DNA of 62,810 nt. Source: Steroidobacteraceae bacterium (GTDB lineage Bacteria > Pseudomonadota > Gammaproteobacteria > Steroidobacterales > Steroidobacteraceae). The notes below the pieces were generated by a model that was not told where the DNA came from, searched no databases, and saw only the letters and a program-made list of their open reading frames with translations. Made by a program: the position numbers and the translations under genes. Shown here one piece after another: positions 43,574 through 53,363 of the stretch (position 1 is the stretch's first letter; each line of letters begins with the position of its first letter). The DNA is taken from the NCBI GenBank assembly GCA_035566495.1, contig DATMRG010000012.1, positions 1 to 62,810 of the forward strand, given 5' to 3'.

Positions 43574-45598
43574 GTGTCGACGCGCCGCCTTCCGGCAATA
43601 TCCCTGGGTGCGCTGCTCGCCCTCACGCCGCTGACGGACGCAGACGCTGACTCTCCCGGCGTCAGCCGGGCGCTCGATGCGCTCAACGCCGTGCGCGCGA
43701 TCAACGAGGTCGCGCTCGCGCCGGACGGCAAGCGCCTGGTCTACGGCCGACTCGTGCGTGGCAGGCGCGGCGGCGCGGACGTGGATGTGTCGGCGCTCTA
43801 CATCCTGAATGCCAAGGACGGATCCGGAGAGAGACGTCTCACCGCCTGTCCCGGCGCGGTGTGCGATGAGCACGGCGCCGCCTGGTCGGGCGACGGCAGG
43901 CGGATCGTGTTCGTCACAACGGATGAGAGGGAGCAGCCGCAGATCGCGCTCGCCGCAGCCGACGGCGGCGCCGTCAGGACCATCACCCATGCGCACGGCC
44001 CGCTCGATACGCCACGCTTCTCTCCGGACGGCGAGCGCGTCGCGTTCCTGTACTCCGCGGGCGCGCCCCGGACTCCCGGCCCCCTGAATCCACTCGCACG
44101 GGACGCCGGCGTACTCTCCTCGACCGTGTACGAGCAGCGCCTCGCCGTCCTCGCGGCCGACGGCGGTGAGCCGCGGCTCCTCGGCCCCCCCGACCTCAAC
44201 GTCTACGAGTATGACTGGTCGCCCGATGGCCGCCGCTTCGTCGTGAGCGCCGCGCACGGCTCGGGAGACGACAACTGGTGGCTCGCCGAGCTCGATCTGT
44301 GCGATGCCGGGAACGGCACCATCACGACCCTGGCGAAGCCGCACCTGCAGATCGCCTCGCCGCGCTGGTCCGGCGACGGCCGGCGTATCGCCTGGATCGG
44401 CGGGATCATGAGCGATGAGACCATCACCGGTGGCGACGTCTTCCTGATAGCGGCCTCCGGCGGTGAGGCAATCGACGTCATCCCGGGTCTCAGCGCATCC
44501 GTGCACACGATCACCTGGAACGGCTCGGCCACGCACCTCATCGCCACCGAGTTCGCCGCGGGCGAAGAAGTGCTCGCCTCGATCGACGTCGACGCACGAT
44601 CGCAACGCGAGCTGTGGCGCGCTCCCGAGATGATCTGGGCCAGCAACGTGTTCGGCTTCACTTCGGGCGACGCCGGCATCTCGCTCGCGAAGAACGGCGC
44701 ACTGTCGGCCGTGATCCGTCAGTCCTACACCGCGCCGCCCGAGGTGGAGAGCGGGCCGCCGGGCAAATGGCGGCCGATCACGCGGATCAATGCCGGCGCG
44801 CGGCCGATCACCGGCAAGGCGACCAACCTCTACTGGAAGAGCGACAGCTTCAAGGTCCAGGGAATGCTGATCGAGCCGCCGGTGGTCGTTCCCGGCAGGA
44901 AGTACCCGCTGGTGGTGCTGGTGCACGGCGGGCCGGCGCATGCGCACTATCCGGTGTTCCCAGCGAGCGCCGAGTCGTACGACGCGGTGCTCGCGAGCGA
45001 GGGCTATTACGTCTTCAAGCCGAATCCGCGCGGCAGCTATGGGCAGGGCGAGGCGTTCACGCAGGCCAACGTCAGGGATTTCGGCTATGGCGACCTGCGC
45101 GACATCCTCGCGGGTGTCGATGCGGTACTGAAGAGCGCTCCGATAGATCCCTCGCGCCTCGGAATCGCCGGCTGGAGCTACGGCGGCTACATGACCATGT
45201 GGGCGCTGACTCAGACCAACCGCTTCAAGGCGGCGGTCGCGGGCGCCGGACTCTCCGACTGGCTGAGCTACTACGGCACCAACAACATCGATACGTGGAT
45301 GATCCCCTACTTCGGCGCCTCGGTGTACGACGATCCGAAAGTCTACGAGCGCAGCTCGCCCATCACCTTCATCAGGAACGTACACACGCCGACCCTCATG
45401 GTGGGCGGCGACCGCGATGCGGAAGTGCCGATCACACAGTCGTACGAGTACTGGAACGCGCTGCAGCGCCTGGGGGTCAAGACCGAGTTCGTGGTCTATC
45501 CGGACGAGGGACACTTCTTCTTCAGGCACGACGACCAGGTCGATGTCATGACGCGGCTGGTCGGCTGGTTCGACGAGTACCTGAAGCCCGGCGGTTAG
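43574..45598 (+). CDS. Peptidase S9 (prolyl oligopeptidase/acylaminoacyl-peptidase family) with N-terminal beta-propeller, exported
   Basis: Signal peptide VSTRRLPAISLGALLALTPLTDADA (GTG 43574; the track start 43535 overlaps the GFA gene). TolB-like WSPDG/WSGDG repeats. Catalytic GWSYGGYMT, GGDRDAEVP and YPDEGHFF. Confidence 0.88.
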   Translation: MSTRRLPAISLGALLALTPLTDADADSPGVSRALDALNAVRAINEVALAPDGKRLVYGRLVRGRRGGADVDVSALYILNAKDGSGERRLTACPGAVCDEHGAAWSGDGRRIVFVTTDEREQPQIALAAADGGAVRTITHAHGPLDTPRFSPDGERVAFLYSAGAPRTPGPLNPLARDAGVLSSTVYEQRLAVLAADGGEPRLLGPPDLNVYEYDWSPDGRRFVVSAAHGSGDDNWWLAELDLCDAGNGTITTLAKPHLQIASPRWSGDGRRIAWIGGIMSDETITGGDVFLIAASGGEAIDVIPGLSASVHTITWNGSATHLIATEFAAGEEVLASIDVDARSQRELWRAPEMIWASNVFGFTSGDAGISLAKNGALSAVIRQSYTAPPEVESGPPGKWRPITRINAGARPITGKATNLYWKSDSFKVQGMLIEPPVVVPGRKYPLVVLVHGGPAHAHYPVFPASAESYDAVLASEGYYVFKPNPRGSYGQGEAFTQANVRDFGYGDLRDILAGVDAVLKSAPIDPSRLGIAGWSYGGYMTMWALTQTNRFKAAVAGAGLSDWLSYYGTNNIDTWMIPYFGASVYDDPKVYERSSPITFIRNVHTPTLMVGGDRDAEVPITQSYEYWNALQRLGVKTEFVVYPDEGHFFFRHDDQVDVMTRLVGWFDEYLKPGG

Positions 45599-45755
45599 AA
45601 CCGGCGGCACGCGCACCGCGCGCAACTCAACCGCCGCACTGCGGCTGCAGACGGCCGGTCAGGAATGGCTCGAGCAGTGTAAGACTGCGCAATTCGACTT
45701 GGCCGGCAGGCTCCCGCACACTGCCGCGACCGGCGTTCCACTGCGGCGGTGGCAT

Positions 45756-46223
45756 ATGTCGAACGACCAGCTCGCCGATCTCGACAGTCTCGGCGCCTAC
45801 CTGAGGGCGCGCATCGCGCCGGCGCGCGCGCTCGGCTTCAGCCTCGAGGCCGTCGATCCGCTGACGATCGCCGCACCGCTCGAGGCGAACCTCAACGACA
45901 AGGGCACGGGCTTCGCGGGGAGCCTGTTCTCCGTGGCGGCGCTCGCCGGCTGGGCGTTGCTCACTCGCTGGTGCGTGGCCGAGGACCTCGACGCCGAGGT
46001 GGTGCTGCAGAGCTCGACGGCGCGCTTCGTCGCCCCGGCGCGCGCGGGCTTTCGCGCCGTTGCGCACGAGCCGCCGGCGGCGGAGCGCGACAAGCTCCGC
46101 CGCATGCTCGCGCGCAGCGGCCGCGGCCGGGCGCAGCTTGCCGTCGACGTCAAGGTTCACGAGGCGATCGTGATGAGCTTCAGCGGTGTATACGCCGTCA
46201 TTGCGGGCGCCCGGCCGAGATGA
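45756..46223 (+). CDS. YiiD C-terminal-type thioesterase-fold protein (155 aa)
   Basis: MSNDQLADLDSLGAYLRARIAPARALGFSLEAV...APLEANLNDKGTGFAGSLFSVAALAGWALL... Confidence 0.65.
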   Translation: MSNDQLADLDSLGAYLRARIAPARALGFSLEAVDPLTIAAPLEANLNDKGTGFAGSLFSVAALAGWALLTRWCVAEDLDAEVVLQSSTARFVAPARAGFRAVAHEPPAAERDKLRRMLARSGRGRAQLAVDVKVHEAIVMSFSGVYAVIAGARPR

Positions 46224-46322
46224 GACCCGCCTCTGCCGCAGAGCGCGCCAGTGATGCGACGGTGGGTCCGCTCGGCTAGACTCTCGCGCTCCCCAAGGGC
46301 CGGAAACAATCAGGATGAGATC

Positions 46323-47969
46323 ATGAGCCGCCACAAGTTCGTCTCGCGCCCGTCGTTGGCTCTCGCGGTGATGGCGTCTGCCGCGCTCGCCGCCGCCGCC
46401 GGCGCGCAGGAGCACAAGGGTGACGGCGAGCCCGAGAAGGCGGAGGGCCATAAATTCGAGCCTTTCAAGCCCGAGGCGGCCGCGAGCAGTGGCAGCGTCA
46501 CGATCGGCGGCAGGGCGCTGAATTACCAGGCGGTCGCCGGCACGCTCATAGTTCACCCGCGCGGCTGGGACGACGTGCCGCACGATCCCGGCGCCAAGCC
46601 AGCCGCCGGCGAGGAGGCGGGCGAAGGCGCCAATCCGACCGCCGAAGCCTCCATGTTCTACGTCTATTACTCGAAGGGGGGCGAAGGTCCGCGTCCGGTC
46701 ACATTTTTTTACAACGGCGGCCCGGGCTCCTCGACCATGTGGCTGCACCTCGGCGCCTTCGGACCGCGCCGCATCGTGACCTCGACCGATGCACACACGC
46801 CCGCCGCGCCCTACTCGCTGGTCAACAATGCCTACAGCCTCCTCGATGCCACCGATCTCGTCTTCATCGACGCTCCGGGCACCGGCTTCAGCCGCATCGC
46901 CGGCAAGGACAAGGAGAAGGCCTTCTTCGGCGTCGACGCGGACGCCTACGCCTTCAGCGAATTCATCACCCAGTTCCTCACCAGGTACGGCCGCTGGAAC
47001 TCACCCAAGTATCTCTTCGGTGAGAGCTACGGCACGCCGCGCTCGGCGGTCGTGGTCAACCAGCTCGAGGCCGAGCGCTCGGTCGACCTGAACGGAGTCA
47101 TTCTTCTCTCGCAGATCCTGAGCTTCGACCTGAGCGCCGACCGGCCGACCGGCAACCCGGGCGTCGATCTGCCCTACGAGACGGTACTGCCGACCTACGC
47201 GGCCACCGCCTGGTATCACAAGAAGCTGCCGGGCGAGCACCCGAGTCTCGAAGCGCTGCTGAGTGAGGTGGAGCTGTTCGCCATGGGCGACTACGCACGC
47301 GCTCTCGCGGCGGGCTCGGAACTGAGTGCCAGCGATCGCACCGCGGTCGCCCAGAAGCTGCATGAGTACACCGGGCTGCCGGTCGATTACATCCTCAAAG
47401 CCGACCTGCGCATCGACGGCGGCGAGTTCCGGCAGACGCTGCAGAGCGACGGCGGGCTCACCACCGGCCGGCTCGACAGCCGCTTCTCGGGTCCCGACCT
47501 CGATCCGCTGAGCCAGCGGGCCGACTACGATCCGCAGTCCGCCGCGCTCAGCTCGGCGTACGTCTCGGCGTTCAACGACTACGCGCGCAAGGAGCTGCAC
47601 TACGGTGAGGGCAAGGTCTTCAAGCCGAGCATCCAGACCTTCCGCACCTGGAACTTCGCGCACCAGCAGCCGGGGCAGCAGGGCCCGCCGTTCTCACCGC
47701 GCCAGGGCACCAACGTGATGCCCGACCTCGCCAACGCGATGAAGCTCAACCCGAATCTGAAGGTGCAGCTGAACGCCGGCTACTTCGATCTCGCGACGCC
47801 GTTCTACCAGGGCGTCTACGAGATGCATCACCTGCCGATCCCGCAGAGCCTCGAATCCAACATCGAGTTCCGTTTCTACGACTCGGGGCACATGGTGTAT
47901 GCGAAGGACTCCTCGCTCCGCCAGTTGCACGACAACGTCGCGGACTTCATCCGCCGCTCGGGTCACTAG
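46323..47969 (+). CDS. Peptidase S10 (serine carboxypeptidase) family, exported
   Basis: Signal peptide MSRHKFVSRPSLALAVMASAALAAAAGAQE. FFYNGGPGSSTMWLHLGAFGP and nucleophile motif YLFGESYGTPRSA. Confidence 0.82.
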   Translation: MSRHKFVSRPSLALAVMASAALAAAAGAQEHKGDGEPEKAEGHKFEPFKPEAAASSGSVTIGGRALNYQAVAGTLIVHPRGWDDVPHDPGAKPAAGEEAGEGANPTAEASMFYVYYSKGGEGPRPVTFFYNGGPGSSTMWLHLGAFGPRRIVTSTDAHTPAAPYSLVNNAYSLLDATDLVFIDAPGTGFSRIAGKDKEKAFFGVDADAYAFSEFITQFLTRYGRWNSPKYLFGESYGTPRSAVVVNQLEAERSVDLNGVILLSQILSFDLSADRPTGNPGVDLPYETVLPTYAATAWYHKKLPGEHPSLEALLSEVELFAMGDYARALAAGSELSASDRTAVAQKLHEYTGLPVDYILKADLRIDGGEFRQTLQSDGGLTTGRLDSRFSGPDLDPLSQRADYDPQSAALSSAYVSAFNDYARKELHYGEGKVFKPSIQTFRTWNFAHQQPGQQGPPFSPRQGTNVMPDLANAMKLNPNLKVQLNAGYFDLATPFYQGVYEMHHLPIPQSLESNIEFRFYDSGHMVYAKDSSLRQLHDNVADFIRRSGH

Positions 47970-48700
47970 CTCCTGAGGTAGGAGGCGCCGTTGACGTCGA
48001 GGATCGCGCCGGTCATGGCCGGCGGTGCCTCGAACAGGCAGAACGCCACGACCTGCGCGACCTCCGCGGGGGTGGCGACGCGGCCGAGCGGCTGGTCGGC
48101 GAGCACGGCCGGGTCCCGGATTGCGGTTGCCACCCGCTCGGTCGACACCCAGCCCGGCGCGACCACGAATACGTACACGCCCTTCGGCGCGAGCGCCTTC
48201 GCCATTGACTGACTCAGGGCATTGAGGCCCGCCTTGCTGGCCGCGTAGGCGGGCGCGGCGGGCTCGCCGCGAAAAGCGCCGCGCGAGGACACACTCACGA
48301 TCCGGCCGCCGCCGCCGCGCTGCGCCATGGCGCGCGCCGCCAGATAGGAAAGATGTGCGGCGCCAAACAGGTTGATGCCGAGCGTTCGCTGCCAGGCCGC
48401 GGTCCAGGCCGCGTAATCGGTGGCGAGCGGTGGATGGTTGGGAAAGATCCCGGCGTTGTTGACCAGGGCGTCGATCGGGCGCTGCGTGCTCGCAGCCGCC
48501 CAGATCCGCTCGACCGCGGCGGCGTCGGCGAGATCGCCCTGAATGAGACTATGTCCGTCGCCCTCGAGCGCGCGCTGCACCGCCTCCGCGGCCGCGCGGT
48601 TGCCCCGATAGTGCAGAGCGATGCTGGCGCCGCGCGCCGCCAGCGCGGCCGCGATCGCCGCGCCGATTCCGCCCGAAGCTCCGGTAACGAGTACGTGCAT
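47966..48700 (-). CDS. SDR-family oxidoreductase (FabG-like)
   Basis: MHVLVTGASGGIGAAIA, NNAG and YAASKAGLNAL. The stop shares CTAG with the convergent S10 gene. Confidence 0.88.
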   Translation of the reverse strand: MHVLVTGASGGIGAAIAAALAARGASIALHYRGNRAAAEAVQRALEGDGHSLIQGDLADAAAVERIWAAASTQRPIDALVNNAGIFPNHPPLATDYAAWTAAWQRTLGINLFGAAHLSYLAARAMAQRGGGGRIVSVSSRGAFRGEPAAPAYAASKAGLNALSQSMAKALAPKGVYVFVVAPGWVSTERVATAIRDPAVLADQPLGRVATPAEVAQVVAFCLFEAPPAMTGAILDVNGASYLRS

Positions 48701-48718
48701 CGTGCTGCTCCCACGGTT

Positions 48719-49684
48719 CTACAGAGTGAGCTCCTGACCGACGCCGCGCCGTCGGGCCGCAGCGTACAGGGCCTGGGCGACATACAGATCGTAGAGCGCC
48801 ATGCCCGCCGACTTGTAGGCCGTCGTGCGCGTGACGTCGATGCTGCGCCGTCCGGCGATTACCTCGCCGATGGTGAAGACGTCGGCGTCGGCGAGGATGC
48901 CGTGCTCGGCCGGCCAGACCGCCTCGCCCACCTCGTGACGGGCGAAGCCGGAATCCAGCACCAGGTGTCCCGCGAGCCTGAAGACAGCCTCGGGCAGCTC
49001 GCGCATGTGGCGCTCGTAGGACCCCATGGCGATGAAATGCTTGCCGGCGAGCAGGCCGGCATCATCCGGCAGAACCGGAGTGGCGCAGGTCGTCGCCGTG
49101 ACGATCACCTCCGCGTGCGCGAGCACCTCGCTCACGCTGTCGCAGGCGACGACACGCACTCCGGGAGCGTGCGCCGCGAGTGTGGCGCGAAACCTGTCGA
49201 AGCCGGCCGGCGTACGCCGCAGCGCGAATATCGCCCGGATCGGCCGCACCGCGCAGGCGGAGATTGCCTGCCAGGCGCCCTGCACTCCGGCGCCGACGAC
49301 GCCGAGAGCGGCAACCGTCAGCGGAGTCAGGTACTTGACGCCGAGCGCGCCGACCGCGCCGGTACGCATCGCGGTCAGCGCCGCGGCGTCCATGATGGCG
49401 AGCGGCAGCCCCGTGCCGGAATCGCCGAAGATCATGAGCCCGTTCGTAACCGGGAGCTGGCGCCCGGCGTTGCCCGGCACCACCGAGACCAGCTTGACGG
49501 CCAACGCGCCCGCGGCGATTGCCGGCATCGTGAGCAGCGTGCCATGCGCCCATCTCACGTGCTGGCGCGCCGGCACGACCGAGTCGCCGCCGCTCTGCGC
49601 CGCGAGCGCCGCGGACTCGACGATTCCAATCGTCTCCGCCGGAGTGAGCAGGCTGAGGAGTTGAGCCGAACCGAGTGCGATCAT
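48719..49684 (-). CDS. Ornithine cyclodeaminase/mu-crystallin family protein (321 aa)
   Basis: From ATG 49684: MIALGSAQLLSLL...MPAIAAGALAVKLVSVVPGN...ALTAMRTGAVGALGVKYL...LGVVGAGVQG. The remaining 377 upstream codons of track ORF 48719..50815 are antisense to the beta-lactamase-like gene and are rejected. Confidence 0.85.
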   Translation of the reverse strand: MIALGSAQLLSLLTPAETIGIVESAALAAQSGGDSVVPARQHVRWAHGTLLTMPAIAAGALAVKLVSVVPGNAGRQLPVTNGLMIFGDSGTGLPLAIMDAAALTAMRTGAVGALGVKYLTPLTVAALGVVGAGVQGAWQAISACAVRPIRAIFALRRTPAGFDRFRATLAAHAPGVRVVACDSVSEVLAHAEVIVTATTCATPVLPDDAGLLAGKHFIAMGSYERHMRELPEAVFRLAGHLVLDSGFARHEVGEAVWPAEHGILADADVFTIGEVIAGRRSIDVTRTTAYKSAGMALYDLYVAQALYAAARRRGVGQELTL

Positions 49685-49708
49685 CGTGATAAAGGATAAT
49701 ATCGCCGG

Positions 49709-50794
49709 ATGCCAGCCGTTAGCAGATGTCTCATCCTTCCCGCCCTGCTCGCCGCGATCGGTGTCGCCCGCGCCGCGACGCCGGCACCCGCCGGGCTCGA
49801 CGCGCGGCTCGACGCGCTGGTCACCGATGAGATGCGCCGCCAGCAGATACCGGCGGTCACGATCGCGGTGCTGAGCGCCGACAGACTCGTCTATTCGAGA
49901 GCGTTCGGCTCCGCGGACCTCGAGAACTCGGTTGCCGCGACCCCGGAGACGCTGATCCGCACCGCCTCGATCGCCAAGCCGATCACGGCGGTCGCGGCGA
50001 TGACGCTGGTCGAGTCCGGCAAACTGCAGCTCGACGCACCGGTACAAACCTACTGTGCGCCCTTCCCGACCAAGCAGTGGCCGATCACGACGCGCCAACT
50101 CCTCGCGCATACCTCGGGGATCCGCCACTACAACCCGGGAGAGATGGAGAACACGCGCCACTACCAGTGGATGTCGGATGGCTTCGCAATCTTCGCGGCC
50201 GACCCACTGCTGTTCCGTCCCGGGACCGGGTACCAGTACAGCACCTACGGCTACACCGTCGTCGGCTGCGCGATCGAGGGCGCGGCGGCGGTGCGCTTCC
50301 AGGACTACGTCGCGCAGCAGGTACTGGCACGCGCCGGAATGACCCATACCTCGGTCGATGACGCGTTCGACATCGTGCCGCACCGCGCGCGCGGCTACCA
50401 GCTGATGAACGGCGAGCTGAAGAACGCCAGCCTCATGGACAGCAGCTACAAGATTCCGGGCGGCGGCTACGTGACCACCGCCGAGGACCTGGCGCGCTTC
50501 GCGCAGGCGCTGCTCGATGGCAGGCTGTTGAAGCCCGCTACCCTCGCGCAGATGTGGACGGCCACGCCGCAGAGCGGCAAGGAAGGCTATGGGCTCGGAT
50601 TCACCGTGCGCGACGGCGGCAAGTTCGTCTGGCACACGGGCGGGCAACCCGGCACTACCACCGAGCTCTTCATCATTCCCGACAAGCATTTCGCGCTGGC
50701 GGTGCTCGCCAACAGGGACGGCGTGCAGCAACAGGATCTGGTGCGCGCACTGGTCGCCGAGATGAAGCTGCCCTTCCCCGCCCCGCTCCAATGA
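49709..50794 (+). CDS. Class-C beta-lactamase/PBP-like serine hydrolase, exported
   Basis: Signal peptide MPAVSRCLILPALLAAIGVARA. SxxK motif in LIRTASIAKPITAVAAM. HTSGIRHY and WHTGGQPG. Confidence 0.85.
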   Translation: MPAVSRCLILPALLAAIGVARAATPAPAGLDARLDALVTDEMRRQQIPAVTIAVLSADRLVYSRAFGSADLENSVAATPETLIRTASIAKPITAVAAMTLVESGKLQLDAPVQTYCAPFPTKQWPITTRQLLAHTSGIRHYNPGEMENTRHYQWMSDGFAIFAADPLLFRPGTGYQYSTYGYTVVGCAIEGAAAVRFQDYVAQQVLARAGMTHTSVDDAFDIVPHRARGYQLMNGELKNASLMDSSYKIPGGGYVTTAEDLARFAQALLDGRLLKPATLAQMWTATPQSGKEGYGLGFTVRDGGKFVWHTGGQPGTTTELFIIPDKHFALAVLANRDGVQQQDLVRALVAEMKLPFPAPLQ

Positions 50795-51573
50795 CTGGCG
50801 GCTGCCCGATGTCATTGCGGATCAGCGCGCGGCGTGGTGCGCTCCTTGCCGCGCTCGTGCTCGGCGCGACCGCCGCGTTCGCAGCCAACGCCGAGCAAGC
50901 TGCGGTCGTCGACGGCGTTTTTCACGTCACTCCAGTGCGGCCGGTGGCGGAGCTCCTGCCGATCGCGCTGGCCGCCACTCCGCCCGCGGAGAGCGGCGAC
51001 TTCCGGCCCGCGGATCTGGTCGAATTGACGTCCCTCGATCGCACCATCCGGCTCGACATCCGCTACGCCGGCACGCGCAACTTTCTCGGTACGCCGCTCT
51101 ACAGCCAGGCGCGCGCCTTCATGCAGCGGCCGGCGGCGGAAGCACTGGTACGCGTGCAGCGCTCACTCGCGGCCGAGGGCTATGGCCTCCTGGTGCACGA
51201 TGCCTACCGTCCGTGGTACGTGACGCGGATATTCTGGGACGCCATGCCGCCGGAGCTGCACCGGTACGTCGCCGATCCCGCCGAGGGCTCGCGCCACAAT
51301 CGTGGCTGCGCGGTGGATCTCACGCTGTACGAATTGCGAACCGGCCGCGAGGTGGAGATGCCGAGTCTGTATGACGAGGCCACCGAGCGGGCCTATCCCA
51401 CCTACACCGGCGGCAGCGCCGAGCAGCGCCGCACGCGCGACCTCCTGCGCCGGCACATGGAGGCCGAAGGCTTCACGGTCTACGAGTTCGAGTGGTGGCA
51501 CTTCGACTACCGCGACTGGAAGGCGTACCGGATCGGGAACACGCGCTTCGAGGATCTCGGCGCGCGCCGCTGA
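50791..51573 (+). CDS. D-alanyl-D-alanine dipeptidase (peptidase M15D, VanX/DdpX-like) with signal peptide (alternative start ATG 50809)
   Basis: [46 protein letters not shown], zinc/catalytic motifs [12 protein letters not shown] and [11 protein letters not shown] 50791 overlaps the upstream stop (ATGA). Confidence 0.85.
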   Translation: MTGGCPMSLRISARRGALLAALVLGATAAFAANAEQAAVVDGVFHVTPVRPVAELLPIALAATPPAESGDFRPADLVELTSLDRTIRLDIRYAGTRNFLGTPLYSQARAFMQRPAAEALVRVQRSLAAEGYGLLVHDAYRPWYVTRIFWDAMPPELHRYVADPAEGSRHNRGCAVDLTLYELRTGREVEMPSLYDEATERAYPTYTGGSAEQRRTRDLLRRHMEAEGFTVYEFEWWHFDYRDWKAYRIGNTRFEDLGARR

Positions 51574-51598
51574 CGAGCGCGGCGGCCGGAGGCGCCGG

Positions 51599-52360
51599 CT
51601 AGTTCTTGAGCTTGTAGCCGGTCATGAAGATCCAGCGCACCGCCGCGACGCACAACGCCAGGAACAACAGCGTTGCCGCGGCGCTGACCCCGACGTTGAC
51701 GTCCGCCGCGCCGAAGAAGCTCCAGCGAAAGCCGCTGATCAGGTACACCACCGGGTTGAAGAGCGTGATCTTCTGCCAGAGCGGCGGCAGCATGCCGATT
51801 GAATAGAACGCCCCGCCGAGAAAGGTGAGCGGCGTCAGGATCATCAGCGGCACCACCTGCAACTGCTCGAAGCTGCCGGCCCAGACGCCGATGATGAAGC
51901 CGAGCATGCTGAAGGTCAGCGCCGTGAGGATCAGGAAGGCAACCATCCACACGGGGTGCAGGATCTCGTACGGCACGAACACCCGCGCCGTCACGAGGAT
52001 CAGCACCCCGAGCATCACCGACTTGGTGGCCGCCGCTCCCACGTAGCCGATCAGCACCTCGACATAGGAGACCGGAGCGGACAGGAGCTCGAAGATCGTC
52101 CCGGACCACTTGGGAAGGTAGATTCCGAACGAGGCGTTCGAGACGCTCTCGGTCAGAATCGACAGCATGATGAGGCCGGGCACGATGAAGGAGCCGTAGC
52201 CGACGCCGTCGACCTTACCCATGCGCGCGCCGATCGCGGCGCCGAACACCACGAAATACAGGGCCGTCGACAGAACCGGGGCGGCGATGCTCTGCATCAG
52301 GGTGCGGAAGGTGCGCGCCATCTCGAAGCGGTAGATGGCCTGGACCGCGTGCAGGTTCAT
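51599..52360 (-). CDS. ABC-2-type transporter permease (253 aa)
   Basis: From ATG 52360 (ATGA overlap with the ATPase stop): [40 protein letters not shown]... Six hydrophobic helices. Confidence 0.85.
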   Translation of the reverse strand: MNLHAVQAIYRFEMARTFRTLMQSIAAPVLSTALYFVVFGAAIGARMGKVDGVGYGSFIVPGLIMLSILTESVSNASFGIYLPKWSGTIFELLSAPVSYVEVLIGYVGAAATKSVMLGVLILVTARVFVPYEILHPVWMVAFLILTALTFSMLGFIIGVWAGSFEQLQVVPLMILTPLTFLGGAFYSIGMLPPLWQKITLFNPVVYLISGFRWSFFGAADVNVGVSAAATLLFLALCVAAVRWIFMTGYKLKN

Positions 52361-53322
52361 GTGCGCTCGCTCACCAGGCCCACGAAGATGTCCTCGAGCG
52401 AGCTCTCGCTCGACTGCAGGTCCTTGAAGTCGATGCCGAGCTCGCCGAGGCGCTTCAAGAGCAGCGCGATGCCGCTGTCGCCGCGCTGGTGGGCGTCGAA
52501 TGTCAGCACCAGCGTGCCGCCGCCGTCGGCCAGCTCGAGCGGGTAGCCGGACAGTGCGGCGGGAATGGCCGTGAGCGGCTGCTGCAGGTGCAGGGTCAGC
52601 TGCCGTTTGCCGAGCTTGCGCATCAGCAACGTTTTGTCCTCGACGAGGATCAGCCGGCCCTTGTGGATCACGCCGACGCGGTCGGCCATCTGCTCGGCTT
52701 CCTCGATGTAGTGGGTGGTGAGGATGATGGTCACGCCGCTCTCGCGCAGCCGGCGCACCAGCTGCCACATGTCGCGGCGCAGCTCCACGTCGACCCCCGC
52801 GCTCGGCTCGTCGAGGAACAGGATAGTCGGCTGGTGCGCCAGGGCCTTGGCGATCAGCACGCGGCGCTTCATCCCACCCGAGAGCGTCATGATCTTGGCG
52901 TCCTTGCGGTCCCACAGCGACAGGTCGCGCAGCACGCGCTCGCAGTAGGCCGGATCCGGCGCCCGGCCGAACAGCCCGCGGCTCAAATTGACCGTCGCGA
53001 GGACGGTCTCAAAGGTATCTGTGTGCAGCTCCTGGGGTACGAGCCCGATCCTGCTGCGCGCCGCGCGGTAGTCGCGCACGATGTCGTAGCCATCGGCGAG
53101 CACGCTGCCGGCGCTCGCTGTGACGATGCCGCAGATGATGTTGATGAGGGTGGTCTTGCCGGCCCCGTTCGGGCCGAGCAAGGCGAAGATCTCGCCGCGC
53201 TCGATAGTCAGGTCGATATCGTCGAGCGCGGTGAGGCCGTTGGCGTAGGTCTTGCGCAGCCCCGCCACAGTCACGACGGCGGCGGAGCCCGCCGGTCGGT
53301 TCGCTGCGTGAAATCCGGGCAT
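52357..53322 (-). CDS. ABC transporter ATP-binding protein (321 aa)
   Basis: From ATG 53322: Walker [10 protein letters not shown], signature LSGGMKRR, Walker [13 protein letters not shown]. Confidence 0.9.
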   Translation of the reverse strand: MPGFHAANRPAGSAAVVTVAGLRKTYANGLTALDDIDLTIERGEIFALLGPNGAGKTTLINIICGIVTASAGSVLADGYDIVRDYRAARSRIGLVPQELHTDTFETVLATVNLSRGLFGRAPDPAYCERVLRDLSLWDRKDAKIMTLSGGMKRRVLIAKALAHQPTILFLDEPSAGVDVELRRDMWQLVRRLRESGVTIILTTHYIEEAEQMADRVGVIHKGRLILVEDKTLLMRKLGKRQLTLHLQQPLTAIPAALSGYPLELADGGGTLVLTFDAHQRGDSGIALLLKRLGELGIDFKDLQSSESSLEDIFVGLVSERT

Positions 53323-53363
53323 ATTTGCCCTACTCTTGCTCACCCAATATTGCCCCGTCACCC

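Noticed and set aside
43403-46796. Minus-strand ORFs 43403-45625 (740 aa) and 45627-46796 (389 aa).
   Set aside because: They are antisense to the S9 peptidase, YiiD_C thioesterase and S10 peptidase genes, which carry catalytic-triad motifs.
49685-50815. Upstream 377 codons of the 698-aa track ORF containing the ornithine-cyclodeaminase homologue.
   Set aside because: They are antisense to the beta-lactamase-like gene. The OCD-family homology begins at ATG 49684.
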